Source of the DNA: the human T2T-CHM13v2.0 reference genome, Homo sapiens
Strand: one strand, 5' to 3'
NCBI RefSeq assembly: GCF_009914755.1
Contig: NC_060927.1
Length of the DNA: 64,000 nt
Shown here: one piece after another, positions 45,871-64,000 of the stretch
How positions within the stretch are numbered: the stretch's first letter is position 1
Layout: each line of letters opens with the position of its first letter
Program-made: the position numbers and the translations under genes
The notes under the pieces: generated by a model
The model's input: only the letters and a program-made list of their open reading frames with translations
Databases searched by the model: none
What the model was told of the DNA's origin: nothing

Positions 45871-46725
45871 AAGTAGGGAGCAAAATGGCAAAGTAGGGAG
45901 CTCCAAGTTCTCTCTACCCATTGAAACATCAAAAAATAAGCAGTAACTATAAGAACCAGTTTTGTCAAAATCATGGAACAGTCGAAGTTGTATAATAGCC
46001 AAATAAATGTTGAATCAAGAGAAAGGCAACTTCAAAAGCTTTATAATATTTTTTCATGCCCTAGCCCCATCTCTTCCCTGGTACAAATGGCGGCCTTAGG
46101 CTGTCTTCCCTGTGTGTCTTCCCTCTCTGGTTCCAGAGAGAGCAGAATAGACTGTATTTGGAAATTATTGTGTATATCTGTTCTAACCTGTCTGGGAGCT
46201 ACCTTAATGACTGATGCAAGATGCTCCACTCTATTTTACCTAAGAACTCAGGCTACAAAAGCAGCAATCATCTTGAAAACATGCCAAGTAGAACTAATAA
46301 CCCATAGATGCCTGAGACAAAAGATTCCTGTCTAAACATACAATAGTCACCTAATGCCCAGAAGCTGGAGATAATTTATTTGATAAATTAGGAGCATAGA
46401 GGGGAATTTGGAAGACAGCACTATAACATGCATCATCAGAAAAAACTTGTGAGAACTCTAAGCTTCCACCTTGGACTGCTTCCTAGGCTCAGTGCAAGCC
46501 TGGCTAACTATTGAAGGAGTACTCCCAAAGAGAGCCAATCCACGAAGACTGGGAGAGACATTCTTCTTCTGTTTGCTGGGTTTGTTTTTTGTTTTATCTC
46601 TTGACATTCAAGGCAGTTTTGTCACGACTCTAGCTAAACACAAGGTAAAGAACAGAGAATTTACTGACCACACATAACAAGGAATAAAGTCTTTGCAAAA
46701 ACACTTTGGGAAAACAACTAAACAA
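45870..46725 (+). mobile_element. Probable old L1M 5'-region fragment
   Basis: Starts aaaatggcaaagtagggagctcc, L1M 5'UTR-like. Family assignment from memory only. Confidence 0.4.
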
Positions 46726-46727
46726 GT

Positions 46728-46850
46728 CAGGCATGGTGGCATGTGCCTGTAGTCCCAGCTACTTGTGAGGCTGATGCAGGAGGATCCCATGAGCCCAGGA
46801 GTTCCAGCCTGGGCAACATAGTGAGACCCCATCTCTTAAAAAATAAAAAC
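46728..46850 (+). mobile_element. Alu monomer (FAM/FLAM-like)
   Basis: Single monomer with an A-rich end. Confidence 0.8.
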
Positions 46851-47560
46851 AAAATGTACTGTTACAACCTGACTCAAGAAGAAACAGAACCTAACCTGAC
46901 TCAAGACTTAATAGTGTTGATCCCCATTACATTACAGGATCCTTCAGGACAAAAATTCTGTCTTGACCAATCTATGCAAGACACAGTAGAAATCCCACTA
47001 GAGTTTAAGACAAACTAGACTTAAATGTGCAAAGGAAGGAAGGAAGATAGCAGTAACAATAACACTTACCTCTTATGTATTATCAGAATTATCACAGAAT
47101 ATACATTAAAATGAATTTGTAAAGTAGATCTTATTCAGATGCAGGATGAGTATTTTAAAAGATATATTTACTAAATGTAAATGTCATACTGCAAATCTGT
47201 CACTCTTCAATATCAAAAGTTACACTAGGGAATACTGGGCATTGATCTCAAGTTCCTGTGAAATTACTTCCATAACACAGAACTTACCTGGGTCCAAGAG
47301 AGCAAAGCACTCTTCCAGTACTCTAGAGAATACTCGATCCTGATTAGTGGTTCCCATTTCTATTTTTAGAGAGCAAGGTCTGTGACTTACTCTCATTTCT
47401 AGCCCTATGACAATGATTTTTTCAAGGAGACCAAGTATCAGTATATACAGGGGGGCATATGCAATTTGGGAACAAAAAATCATTTTGTCCATTTTTGTCT
47501 TAGAGTTACTCTGAATTTTCAAATAACATAAAAGAAGGATCTATCAAAGTGGGACATGGA

Positions 47561-47849
47561 GGCCAGGCAAGGTGGCTCACACCTGTCAAATGCCAGCACT
47601 TTGAGGGACTAAGGCAGGAAGATCACTTCAGGCCAGGAGTTCACAACGAGCCTGGGCAACAGAGCAACATTCCATCTACAAAAACAAAAAAATTAGCCAG
47701 GCCTGGTAGCACACCTGTAGTCCCAGCTACTCAGGAGGCTGAGGTGGAAAGATCGCTTGAGCCCACGAGTTTGAAATTACAGTGAGCTATGATGGTACCA
47801 CTGCACTCTACCCTGGAAGAGAGAGCAAGACTATGTCTCTTAAAAAAAA
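47561..47849 (+). mobile_element. AluJ
   Basis: Full dimer with J diagnostics. Confidence 0.9.
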
Positions 47850-47854
47850 GGGGG

Positions 47855-48120
47855 GGGAGGCCGAGGTGGGAGGATCACGAGGTCAAGAGTTTGAGACCAG
47901 CCTGGCCAACACAGTGAAACCCCATCTCTACTAAAAATATTTAGCCAGATGTGGTGGCACATGCCTGTAGTCCCAGTTACTCAAGAGGCTGAGGCTGAAC
48001 GATCACTTGAATCCGGGAGGCGGAGGCTGCAGTGAGCTGAGACCATGGCCGTTGGACTCCAGCCTGGGCGAAAAGAGTGAAATTCCATCTCAAAAAAAAG
48101 AAAAAAGAAAAATGAAAAAA
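47855..48120 (+). mobile_element. 5'-truncated AluS in tandem with the preceding AluJ
   Basis: Begins at gggaggccgagg after an A8-G8 junction. Confidence 0.88.
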
Positions 48121-50348
48121 GTTGGGCATGGGCTGAGACGCTTGGCACCATGAGGTCCTTAGATGAAATGAACAACTTAAGACATAAAAAGACAACACCA
48201 TTGAGAGTTTATGTCCACCACTCCTCTATTGCTGGGACTACCATAATGTAATAACCTCTTAAGAGGTCTACTACCTCCACTACAGCAACCACCAGAACTC
48301 ATCTTAGTCAGACCAAAGTGTTCCTTACTAAGATGAAGTCTTTACTCAGCTGCAATATTTGTCTGAATTCAGTCAATCACTTATAATAAAACTGTCATTT
48401 TTTTTTTGAAATTTACTTAGTGGAGGGGACAACTGGAAGGATTATGGGATTTGGAGTCACTGCAGGCCAAGACACCTGTTCAGAGGGAAAAAAAAAAATT
48501 AAAGACCTCCTGTCAGCGACTTATCATTCAAATCTACAAAATTCAGTCCTTTTTCAAGACAAATGCAACTAATCAGCTGAAAGATACACCTTTATCCATT
48601 AAACATATTTCATATAGTTTTTTTTAACAATGTAAAATATCAAAGTTGAAAAGAACCACCTTAAACATAAGGAATAATGGCACAATTTTTTAACTAGCTC
48701 AGTGTTAACAACTATTATAGTACTTCTCAACTCCTTTTTCATGTAATCATTATATGAAATTTCTTTAACAGAGTTAGCCTGATAAAATAATAATTCACTC
48801 ACTGCCACAGAATATTTCAGGAAATGAAATATTTGTAGAGCAGAAAGAATATCTACCATTTGTTTTTATTTTATACATAAACAAGGTTTATTAATCTGAG
48901 TGTTTGTTCTTGATCAAAGAAAAATAATATTCCCAGCAATCCCCAAACTAAAGCAAAAAACTGACTTAAGATTACAGACTTTGGAAGAATTAGATTTGAG
49001 GAAAGAGGGACCTGACTTCAGTAACATGGACTTGCTGAGCATAAAATTCTAGGCATTTTATGTAAATCACTTCATTTTATGTAAAACTCTCAGAGGAAAT
49101 TTCAGAGTGAGAAAATAAAAATCAAAAAAGGTTACAAAATTTTTCCAAGCCACCTAGCCAGTAAACAGTACAAGTAAAATTTCAGATCAGTCTTCTCTGA
49201 CTCTAGGGTGTAATTCTATTATTCTCCCTTGCTTTCTCTGAAAAAATATGCCATGAGGGTGATTTCAAGCTAAAAATAAAGCAGTAAAGGATTTTTCAAA
49301 AAAAAAAAGGGGGGTGGCTAAAGCAACATGATAGTCTAGCTAATACTTTAAATAATCTTTAATACTATCAAACTTTCACACATTAACATAAATAATATTT
49401 GTGTAACTATAATGAGAGCTTTACTCAGCATCTACTGTGTCATGTTCTGCAAATAAACAGATCACAAGGACCTACCTCAAAAAGTTCATTAGTAATTACC
49501 AATTAATACACATTTCTTACCAAAACAAAGGCCCTAAATGAGATGAGCATCTTCAAGCCACCATCCCATGTACTCCTCTAACTTTGTACATGGCTTGTTC
49601 ATCATATACTGATAGAACAGTCTTGTTACACATGTTCCTGGCCTGTTGCTCCTCCTGGTTGTCTGATTAGTGTCTAAAAATAGGTTAAATGCTGAGTTAT
49701 TTATAATCTAAGCCTCTTTGTACAAATTTTGATATATGCTTTCTAGTGACTAGGTGGCCACCAATATCCTCCATACTACTCCTTTACTCCTTTTCAAAAC
49801 ATGTACCACTCTAAGGAATATATTTTATATCACAAACCCATACACATACACATTTAACTGAAACAAAATTTTTATAATAACCACCTTTACACTTACTATG
49901 CACAGTACACTTGATATTTTTAATTTTTTTTTATGCTGACAGCAGCCCATGAAGTATGTCACAAACCACTAACCTACACTAGAATACTGCTCTAGAATTC
50001 AACCCTACTAAGAGAGTGCTGAAATGACAAGAGTGGTTTTTCCTTCCTCTTCTCCGTACTGAAGTACGAAGTCAATAAGACAAGATAGGAAGGGGAAAAG
50101 CGAAGGTGCCCTCCAACACATTTGGAGAGCTAGCCCCAAAGGTCTGACTACTCCCCTGGCCACTAGCTTAGCAACAGCCAGCACCCTATTTATCCTAATC
50201 CCTCCTTTTCTTTCTCTTCCCACCCACTGGCATATTCCCAAAGGTTTTTCCTAAAAGAAGATGGTTCTTGGGGATCATTGTTATGAATGGACCTGTTTTT
50301 ATTGGTTTGTTATTACTGTGAAATACATGACATAAAATTTACCATTGT

Positions 50349-50699
<351 letters not shown>

Positions 50700-52557
50700 T
50701 CACAATGCTGTACCATCATTACCACTGTCTATTTTCAGAACTTTCATCATTCCAAACAGAAACTCTGCACCAATTAAACAATCATTCCCCAATGCTCCTC
50801 CTCCAGCCCATGGTAATCTCTAATTGATTTTTATAATACCATTTAATAAATATATACAAAATAAGTAAAAATAGAATTAAAAAACCCTATAGACAGATGA
50901 CCCAGACTCAAAAATAATCAAATTTTGCTATAGTTATTCAACTGTCCCAGACCTATTTCACCACTACATACCGAAAACACACAAAAAGTACAAATTCTTC
51001 TTACATAATCCCAATGTCATTATCTCAACAATATCAATAATTCCTTGGTATCATCAAGTATTGAAATTTTAAAAATAAAATCAACTAAATTACAAAAAAG
51101 ATTTGCTTCCACCAAAGTTTTCATTGATCCTCTCAATACTGCAATAATTTATAGTTTCTTAAATAAACTTTTTTATAAAGGATAATGGCTATTTAAGACA
51201 AAAAAAACTACAATGTTTCAAATGAAAGCTTACCATCAACTAATAACACTGGTCACCATACACACTGACAAACCACTAAGGAGAAGCTGCAGTGTTATGT
51301 ATTTTTCCACTACAAATCTAGAACGTTATTTAGTATCTGAAAAATGAAAGGTTTCTCAGCAGAGCACCACAAAAATCACCCAGTAAAACCTGTTAGCATA
51401 TTATTTATTTCCCATAAGCAATCATGACTAGAAAAGCCCATTTTGTCCAGTATTATTTTTTTAAATGGACTATTAGATAAACTTAAAAATCTAGATTTCT
51501 TTTGTTTAACCTCAGTTTTCTTAACAGTATTACAGAATGTGAAGACATGATTATCCACAAAAATCCCTTTGGTTTTGCAGAAAGGTCAAACTACAGCACT
51601 GAAGAGATACATGAATAAACTCTACTTAACAAACAATAGTAGTAACTGCTATTCCTATGAGGACTGACTTTGATGCACAAAAGTTTAAGTTTGACATAAT
51701 AAAATCAAAAAATATCATTTTCAAAATATAAAATTAGAGGACATAAAACAGAGGCTCACTCAAACTTAACCTATAATTTTTCACATAGTACATTCACTAG
51801 TTAATAAGAAATTACCAGTCTGTGTTATATAAACAACCAAAGCTCAAAATAGGAAATACAAAGCCAAATGTAAACAAGAAAATAATCTACATGTGTTTTA
51901 TAGTGTCTTTTCTAATCCTATGTATTTTTACTAATGCAAAATATATCAACTTAGTATAATCCTAACACTCTTTAAAGTTTGTGATTATAGGGATTACCTC
52001 CAAGATCAAAACCAGCACTGCATGAATACTAATATCACATGATCTAACTACACAAAAATTTGCTCTGCTCAAGTTTTGCATCACGAGTGTCTAAAGTAAA
52101 TCAAGAAAATTAAAACACTTAACATGTTTAATAGGAAGTATTTGTGTATGTGTGTATTTAGATAAAGCCGTGTCGCTCTTTTTACCCAAATCACTTTCAA
52201 GTATTTGACTGAAGATCCTGCAACTTTTTAAAAGATAAATCAAGAAATGGCTGCTTTGTTTTCAATGTCTCTGTAACCTGAAAAAAACTGAAAAGCTACA
52301 AATGTAACACATTTGTGTAGCCAACATTTTTAAAATGATATCAAGTTTCAAAGATAAAAACCTCTGCATTGTCTTTATAATATTCTTAAATTTCATTATA
52401 ATAAAAAATATGGTTTAAAAATGCAATCAGCTAATACATTCTACTTAGTCATCACTACTCAATGAGAGAAAATAATGGCTAAATGTTGAGTAAAAATAAA
52501 AGAACTAGAAAATAATTTGCAAGGTGTACAAGTAATTCTACATCATAAAACACTGTA

Positions 52558-53173
<616 letters not shown>

Positions 53174-53479
53174 GAGACTGTTTCAAAAACAACAACAACA
53201 AAAAATTATATTTGTGTCTCAACTATAAACTATAAAAAGAAAAATCTAGGTCTATCAAATATTTTATAGAAATAAGTATTCTTAAACAGTAATTAGAGTT
53301 CTCTGATGGCTGTTATCCTAAATTATTGTAGGTCAATAAATTTACCTTTGGAAAACAAAAGTGTAATGTCAAGTACATAGTTTATAACCATTTTTTTAAC
53401 TGAATTAATATTAAAAAATTCAGGTTTACCGTAAGTTAACTGTCAACATGAACTTCAACATCAAGAGACAGAAAAGTAA

Positions 53480-53518
53480 GTGTGTGAGAGCATGTGTGTG
53501 TGTGTGTGTGTGTGTGTG
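53480..53518. repeat. (TG)n microsatellite
   Basis: About 13 uninterrupted TG units at 53493-53518. Confidence 0.9.
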
Positions 53519-53619
53519 TTGTGGCTGGCAATCTTTTTAACTTTTTAAATAAAGTCACTAATTTCATCTTGCCTTCATGCCACTGCCTCTTTCATAAGTG
53601 TCATGAAAAATGTGAAGCT

Positions 53620-54050
<431 letters not shown>

Positions 54051-54281
54051 AATGTGAAGTTGCCTGACCTGTGAGCAACATACACAACCAACGTTATGGG
54101 AAACTAACCATCAAATCAACAGGTAAAGCCTTATTCTGATATTTTCTTGCCTTCAAAAAAAAGTATCATTACTATCAACGTCCTTAACTCTTCTATATTA
54201 AAAGTATCATCAATTCTTTTATATTATTTGTACAATTTCAACCTCCTTGCCAGATTTAATTAACGCTTCTATTTTACTCAG

Positions 54282-54603
54282 CACAAGTATCCCTTATACA
54301 AAATACTTGGGACCAGAAGTGTTTCAGATTTTTTTTCAAATTTTTGAATATATGCATATACATAATGACATATCCTGGAGATGGGACCCTAGTATAAACA
54401 TAAAATTCATTTATCTTTCATTTATACCTTATGTACACAGCCTTAAGGTAATTTTACACAATATTTTGTGCATAAAACAAAGTTCTCACTGTGATTCATC
54501 ACAGGTCAGGTTTGATATTTTCCACCTCTGGTGTCACATCTGCACTCAAAAAGTTTTGGATTTTGGATCATTTCAGATTTCAATTTTTCAAAAGCTCAAC
54601 CTG
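54282..54603 (-). mobile_element. Tigger4/MER46-type TcMar DNA transposon
   Basis: gggaccagaagtgtttcagatttt...caggtcagg...tttccac...ctcaaaaagttttggattttgg...ctcaacctg-ta. Confidence 0.8.
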
Positions 54604-54639
54604 TAGTAACAATTTTTAAGTTGCAATATCTTGGGAACC

Positions 54640-54860
54640 CACTCAGAGTCATACACTGTCCTCAGTGCCTTTTACAAACATAACTGCAATACACCCACAA
54701 TACACCTGCAAGGTAGTCGTTATCCCCAGTTTACAAATGAGAAAACTAAGTCTCAGAACAGTTGTCACTTGAGCATGATTGCATTACTAAGTGGTGGAGC
54801 CAGATTCTAATCCAGATCCATTTAACTTTAAGGTCTGTTTGCTCTTCTCACTATCCTAGG
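54640..54860 (-). mobile_element. MIR
   Basis: tatccccagtttacaaatgagaaaactaagtctcaga...taagtggtggagccagattc. Confidence 0.75.
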
Positions 54861-55058
54861 ATCTCCCTTACACAAACCTTGTTCATGGATGAAAAACACA
54901 TCTCCCACTATTTTTTTCCCCAGAAATGTATTTGGGACTGGGGCAGTGAGAGTAAAGTAATTTCCAGGACTAATTTTTGCAAATAGCAGGACATGGTTTT
55001 CCCCAAATGTGGTTTGCATTTTACCATTTCAAATATGAATATTAAGAATTACATTATT

Positions 55059-55390
55059 GGGGTGAAATTGGTCATTCAGTACAAAAAATAGTTCTAAAGA
55101 ATGAATAAAACCTACTATTATATAGTGCAACTATTATTAACTATATTATTGTCTAGGGTGACTAGACAATAATAATAATGGTACATTCTAAAGTAACTAA
55201 AAGTGTAACTTGATTGTTTGTAATACAAAGAATAAATGTTTCAGGGGATGGATACCCATTCTCTATGTGTGATTATTTCACACTGCGTGCTTGAACCAAA
55301 ACATCTCATGTACTTCATAAATATATACACCTATTACATACCCACAAAAATTAAAAAATTTAAGAAACCAAAAAAGTAAAAATAAAAAAA
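55059..55390 (+). mobile_element. L1MA 3' end
   Basis: ggggatggatacccatt...aaacatctcatgtac...atatacaccta; TSD tacattatt at 55050 and 55391. Confidence 0.8.
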
Positions 55391-55602
55391 TACATTATTA
55401 ATAGAGCAAGACTTAAAAACATCCATTAATCACACCACAAAAGATTTCCTACAAAAATACTGATGATTTTGAACAGAGCAAAGATCCAAAAGTTGGAGTA
55501 ATGTATTGGTAAAAGTACTGCCAAACAGTATCTGTGTTTACTAAGTATAAACAATAATTTTCTAAGAATAAAATAATTATGTGAAGCTCAGAATTGCTTA
55601 TA

Positions 55603-55933
55603 CAGTTTGCCCTTGAACAACATGGGTTTGAACTCTGCCAGTACACTCGTGGATTTTTTCAAAACATATATTTAAAAAATTTTTTGGAGATTCACAACAA
55701 TTTGAAAAAATTCAGATGAACCACACAGCCTACAAATATCAAAATTAATGCATAAAATACATGTAGATACCAGTCTATTTATGTGTTAACCAACTGTTTA
55801 TATTGTCGGTGGGGCTTGCAGTAAACAGTAAGCTATTAGTAGTTAAGTTTGAGGGAGTCAAAAGTTATCAATGGATTTTCAACTGCACAGGGAGTGGGTA
55901 CCCTTAACTCCTACACTGTTCAAGGGTCAACTA
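55603..55933 (+). mobile_element. Tigger2a/MER28-type TcMar element
   Basis: TIRs cagtttgcccttgaaca / tgttcaagggtcaact. Confidence 0.85.
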
Positions 55934-56105
55934 CATTAGAATACTTCATTATAATACTAGAACCAATCAGAAAATATATCTATCTATACATGTTCTCTTT
56001 AAAATCAGAGAATATTTTCCAATTCTATCTGAAAATGTCTATTTCACTATTTTACCCTTACTCCTGAAATATATTTTCATCAGGTATAGAAATCCCGATT
56101 GGCAA

Positions 56106-56425
56106 CTTTTTTTTTTTTTTTTTTTTGAGACAAACTCTCACTCTGTGTTATCCAGGCTGGACCGCAGTAGCACAATCACAACTCACTGCAGCCTCACTGG
56201 GCTCAAGCAATCCTCTAGCCTCAGTCTCCCAAATGGCTGTGCCTATGGTCTCAGCAGGGACCACCAGCACACGCCACCATGCTCGTCTAATTTTTTTAAA
56301 GTATTTGTAGAGATGGGGTCTTACTATGCTGTCCAGGTTGGTCTCAAACTATTGGGCCCAAGCAATCCTCCCACCTCAGCCTCCCAAAGTGCTGGGGTTA
56401 CAGGCATGAGCCACCACACCCAGCC
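56106..56425 (-). mobile_element. AluJ inside an old minus-strand L1M/HAL1 region (~56020-57740)
   Basis: TSD gattggcaa at 56097 and 56428. Confidence 0.9.
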
Positions 56426-57744
56426 TAGATTGGCAAATTTTTTTCCAGCACATTGAGATATCACTCCAGTGTTTCCTGGCTTCCATTTTTGCCCCTGTAT
56501 AGTCAGCTATCATTGTAACTGCCTCAGCTCCTTTGAAGGTAATCTTTTATTCTCTGGCAACTTTTAAGAGATTTTCTTTGTTGTTGATGTTCTTCATTTT
56601 ACTATGATGTCTCTAGAAGCATATTTTCTTTACGTTATTCTGCTTGCAGTTCTCTCAGCTTCTCAAATTTGTCATGGTGCTTTTTATCAGCTCTGAAACA
56701 TTCTCAACTATTATCTCATCAAATATTGTCTATTCCTTTCCCATTATTTTTCCCTTCTGCTCTTGGAAAACTAATGAAAGACATGTCACTTTCTCATTTT
56801 ATGTAATATGTGTATGTGTGTGTTTATAAATATATATCTTACCCTCTTTCTTTTTGCCCATTTCCTTCTCTGTGATACATTCTGGATAATTTCTTCACTC
56901 ATATATCTAGGTCATTGTGTATCTCTTTCTTTAGTTGTATCCAATCTGCTGTTAACTACACCCAACTTTTTCATTATAATTATTACTGCATTTTTCACTT
57001 GTAGAGGCTTCATTGCTTAGGTCTTTTTCAAATGTGTTAAGTTTCTTGTTCCCAGCAGATATTTTTCCATCAATAAATACAGTTGTTTTATAATCTCTGT
57101 CTGATATTTCCAATATCCAAAGTTTTTAAGGGTCTATTTCTGTCGTTTTTGCTGCCTCTTACTCATGGTATCATGTTTCCTTGTGTGCTTGGTTATAATT
57201 TACTGTGAACTAATTCTATGGAAAATTATTTGTGAGAATTCCCTGGAGCCTAAAATTAAAATGTATTCTGAGAGGATTTTCATTTCTTTCTGTGAGGCAT
57301 CTAAAACCACTTTAAGTTACAGCTTGAGGGATTTTTTTGGTACCAGGCAAAGTAAAATATGAACTGCAAATCCAAGAGAGAGAAGGCCAGTTGTTATAAC
57401 TACTTAGGAGCGAAGAAGTATTTTTTTTTTTTTTTAGGTCCAAGGCAACTTTTCTTGCAGCCTCCTGTGGGCAAGAGCATAGCAGGGTTTTAATTTTGGT
57501 TCGCTCATACTCTACAGGCATGGCTCTTTGGAGTCTCAGTTTTATAGGGAAGGAATTTCTTATTAGACTCCCCACCTTGGGCCAACCTGGGCTTCCATTT
57601 CTATATCCTGTGCCTTGTGAGGCCTTCAAAAGCAAAGTAAAAGCTCCTCAGAATGTGGCAAATGTCCTCAGAAGAAAAGCAGTCTTTAATACTCTGCTTC
57701 TCTCTCTGAATTCCTGCCTTCATATAGATTCAGTCCTGGTAATT

Positions 57745-58727
57745 TGTTTTTTAATTTTAGGTTCAGGGGTACATGTGCATGTTTGTCATATACGTAAACT
57801 GCATGTCACAGGGGTTTGGTGTGCAGATTATTTCATCACCTAGGCAATAAACACAGTACTCAATAGGTACTTTTATGATCATCTCCCTCCTCCTCCCACC
57901 CTCAACCCTCAAGTAGGCCCCAGTGTCTGTTGTTCCCTTCTTTGTGTCCATGTGTACTCAGTGTTTAGCTCCCACTTACAAGTGAGAACATGCAGTATCT
58001 GGTTTTCTGTTCCTGCATTAGTTCACTTGGGATAATGGCTTCCAGCTTCACCCATGTTGTTACAACGGACATGATGTCATTCTTTTTTATGGCTGCATGG
58101 TATTCCATGGTGTGTATGTACCACATTTTCTTTATCCAGTCTACCACTGATGGACATGTAAGTTGATTCCATGTCTTTGCCGTCGCGAACAGTGCTGCAA
58201 TGAACATACGTGTGCATGTGTTTTTATGATATAAAAATTTATATTTCTTTGGGCATGTACCCAATAATGGGGTTGTAGGTCAAATGATACTTCTATTTTA
58301 AGTTGAGAAATCACCACACTACTTTTCCACAATGGCTAAACTAATTTACATTCCCACCACCAGTTTTTAAGCATTCCTTATTCTATAAAACCTCACCAGC
58401 ATGTTATTTTTTGACTTTTTAGTAATAGCCATTGCTGACTGGTATGAGATGGTATCTCATTGTGGGTTTGATTTGCATTTCCCTAATGATTAATGATGCT
58501 GAGCATTTATTCATATGCTTATGGCTGCATATGTATGTCTTCTTTTGAAAAGTGCCTGTTCATGTTCTTTGCTCAACTTTTAATGGGATTGTTTGTTTTT
58601 TGCTTGTTCAATTGCTTAAGTTCCTTATTGATTCTGGATATTATACCTCTGTTGGATGGATAGTTTAGAAATATTTCCCCCCATTCTGTAGGTTGTCTGT
58701 TTACTTTGCTGATGATTTCTTTTGCTG
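57745..58727 (-). mobile_element. L1PA15/16-like 3' fragment
   Basis: ORF2 C-terminal remnants ([24 protein letters not shown]) and 3'UTR ccctcaagtaggccccagtgtc. Confidence 0.88.
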
Positions 58728-59131
58728 CTACGCATGTTAGCTCTGAAAGAATAAACCTTTTTAATATATTTTATCCTGCTCTTCTAGTTGTTTTCAGAAA
58801 ATTACTTTGTCTATGTAAACAAGCTGACCATATTACCCTGTTTTCTATTTCAAAAGGTTTCATATTTTTATATCTTAATCACTAAAAGTTTCATTTTGTG
58901 GAACTACGTAACACTGACAGCAAAGAATAACCTCTTTACTCAACTTGATTCCACCAATACTGTCTAGAATAGAATCTTACCAAATCTAACAGATCAATCC
59001 TATTATACGGCTACTAATAGATAGTAAGATTCTGAAATTAAGTCTTCAAATAGAAATATGTATAACGGCTGTGGAATTTAGTGGTCTACTGATTGTCCCC
59101 CCACTAGCAATACTTAAAATGTACAAAAATT

Positions 59132-61380
<2,249 letters not shown>

Positions 61381-61459
61381 GAGAGAGAAAAAAAAAAAAA
61401 ACAGAACACAAAACTGATTAAGTTACATGCTCAATTAAAATGTAAAAATTAGGAAACCA

Positions 61460-61755
61460 GGCCGGGCGAGGTGGCTCACGCCTATAATCTCAGCACTTTG
61501 GGAGGCCAAGGCAGACAGATTACGAGGTCAGGAGATCGAGACCATCCTGGCTAACACGGTGAAACCCCATCTCAACTAAAGATACAAAAAATTAGCTGGG
61601 CGTTGTGGTACGCACCTGTAGTCCCAGCTCCTCAGGAGGCTGACGCAGGAGAATCGCTTGAACCTGGGAGGCAGAGGTTGCAGTTAGCCAAGATCACACC
61701 ACTGCACTACAGCCAGGGAGACAGAGCGAGACTGTCTCAAAAACAACAAACAAAC
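61460..61755 (+). mobile_element. AluSc/Y-like
   Basis: TSD aaaattaggaaacca at 61445 and 61756. Confidence 0.93.
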
Positions 61756-61860
61756 AAAATTAGGAAACCATCTGAATAATTACAGCAATAAAGAACATTA
61801 AGTAAAATTGTTCAAGAAGAGTGAGAACAAAGGTCACTTTTTAAAATTGTACTTAATGTT

Positions 61861-62154
<294 letters not shown>

Positions 62155-62261
62155 AAAATTATACTTAATGTTGTACTTTGATTCTTAAGAAGACGAAAGT
62201 ATAGACAGGAATTAATTCATTCCACAATTTTTGTAGTTTCATTTTTTGTATTTTAAGTTTG

Positions 62262-62770
62262 TGTAGCAAATTAAGTAAAGTTGCAAATTCTTTGTCATTT
62301 TCTCCACCAATAGATGGAGTTTAATTCTCTTCCTCTTGAATCTGGGCTGACTCTGTCTTCTTAGCCAACAAAATACAGCAGAAGTAATGCTCTATCAGTT
62401 CCTAGCCTAGCCTTTAAGGGGACTAGGTTTTTCCACTTTTTGCCTCTTGAAATGCTTGTTCTTAGAGCACTCCTTCTTAGAAACTACCAGTCATGGCCAG
62501 GCCACAGGAAAAGGCCTCATTTAGTACCTCTAGTAAATAGCCCTAGCTGAGCTCCTGGACAGCAGCCAGCATAAACTGCCAGCTATGTAAGTGAGCCATT
62601 TGGAAGTAGATAATCTAACCCCCACTGAGCTGACACCAGATGAAACGAAGATAAACTACCCTCAATGAGTCCTACAAAAATCATAAAATCATGAGTAAAT
62701 AAATATTACTGTTGTTTTAAGCTGCAAAGTTTTGAAGCCATTTGTCACACGGCAGTTAACAACCAGAACA
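62262..62770 (+). mobile_element. MLT1 (G/H-like) solo LTR
   Basis: tg...cttgaatctgggctg...gcagaagtaa...tgttgttttaagc...aaccagaaca. Confidence 0.8.
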
Positions 62771-63169
62771 GCCTCTTATTTACTGCTGTATTTTTAACAC
62801 ATAGAACAGTACCTGGTATTGGACATCTATTTTTAACAAGCACGCCACCAGAAGTATTAAAGTAAAGATGTTATACGTGGCCCTGGCACTCACAGAGCAG
62901 TCAAAAGCATGACATAGACTAATGAGTAAAAAGGTAATTATAATTCACAATAAATATTATAATTCATAATTCATAATATTTATGTATTATGAGTAATACA
63001 TAAATATTATAGTATAGAGTATTTGGCCAAACAGGAAGAGCACAACACAGACTTGGTAGTATAAAGAAGCTTCCTGGAACAGAGTGGCATTTAAGCTAAG
63101 ACCTTACAAAAGTGAGTAAGATGAAGAGACAGAAAAACTACTCTGTGCCCAAGGCAAGCAAAAACATGA

Positions 63170-63595
<426 letters not shown>

Positions 63596-64000
63596 TCAGG
63601 TTTTAAGCCACAGAATAAGAGAATCGTGAGAGCTTAAAAAGATTACCTACCTGGCTGCGGGGACACCAGTCAGAAGACCTTACAGAAACAAAGGCAAGAG
63701 ATGATGGGGACCTGAACTAGAGAAGACATAGTAGGGATGAAGACACAATGGGTTCAAATCCACAGGGTTGAGTTTGATGCCTGTACATGAGGATGTAGAG
63801 AATGGAGTAAAATGTGTCTGCCACGTTTCTGGCTTGAATAACTAGGGAGATGGTAGTGCTGAGATTAAAAAAAAAATTAATTTAATTAAAAAACACACAC
63901 TTGTAAAGATTTTTTGTAAGAGAAGAAGGTAAATTCTGTTGCAGACTTACTAAACTGAGTTTCCTGTGAGCCATTAAGAAGTGGAGTTATCCAGTAGGCA

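Noticed and set aside
47282-47290. Perfect minus-strand donor CAG/GTAAGT (similar site at ~6255-6263)
   Set aside because: No convincing polypyrimidine acceptor at exon distance; expected by chance in 64 kb.

Overview
Human genomic DNA: the human-specific MAST2-SVA (SVA_F1) is present. The window is AT-rich and dense in repeats, with no cellular protein-coding exon that I can support. It reads like the interior of a long intron, probably of a minus-strand gene. Almost all track ORFs are Alu, L1 or SVA artefacts. There is no prokaryote-style system; the notable biology is layered retrotransposon-mediated sequence shuffling. (1) 36138-38272 (-): an SVA_F1 with a 17-bp TSD whose 5' end carries, in order, a spliced NPEPPS-family first exon, a short genomic flank, an Alu 3' end and MAST2 exon 1. 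This records serial 5' transduction and exon capture. (2) 25332-33723 (+): a full-length dead L1PA6-like element that splits an AluJ and is preceded by an orphan MaLR LTR piece. A younger truncated L1 is nested in its ORF2 and carries an apparently two-step 3' transduction containing a tRNA-Cys(GCA) gene copy. (3) Neighbouring L1s of different subfamilies share a 218-bp identical tract, suggesting gene conversion. Subfamily calls and source-gene identifications come from recalled consensus sequences and need database confirmation.
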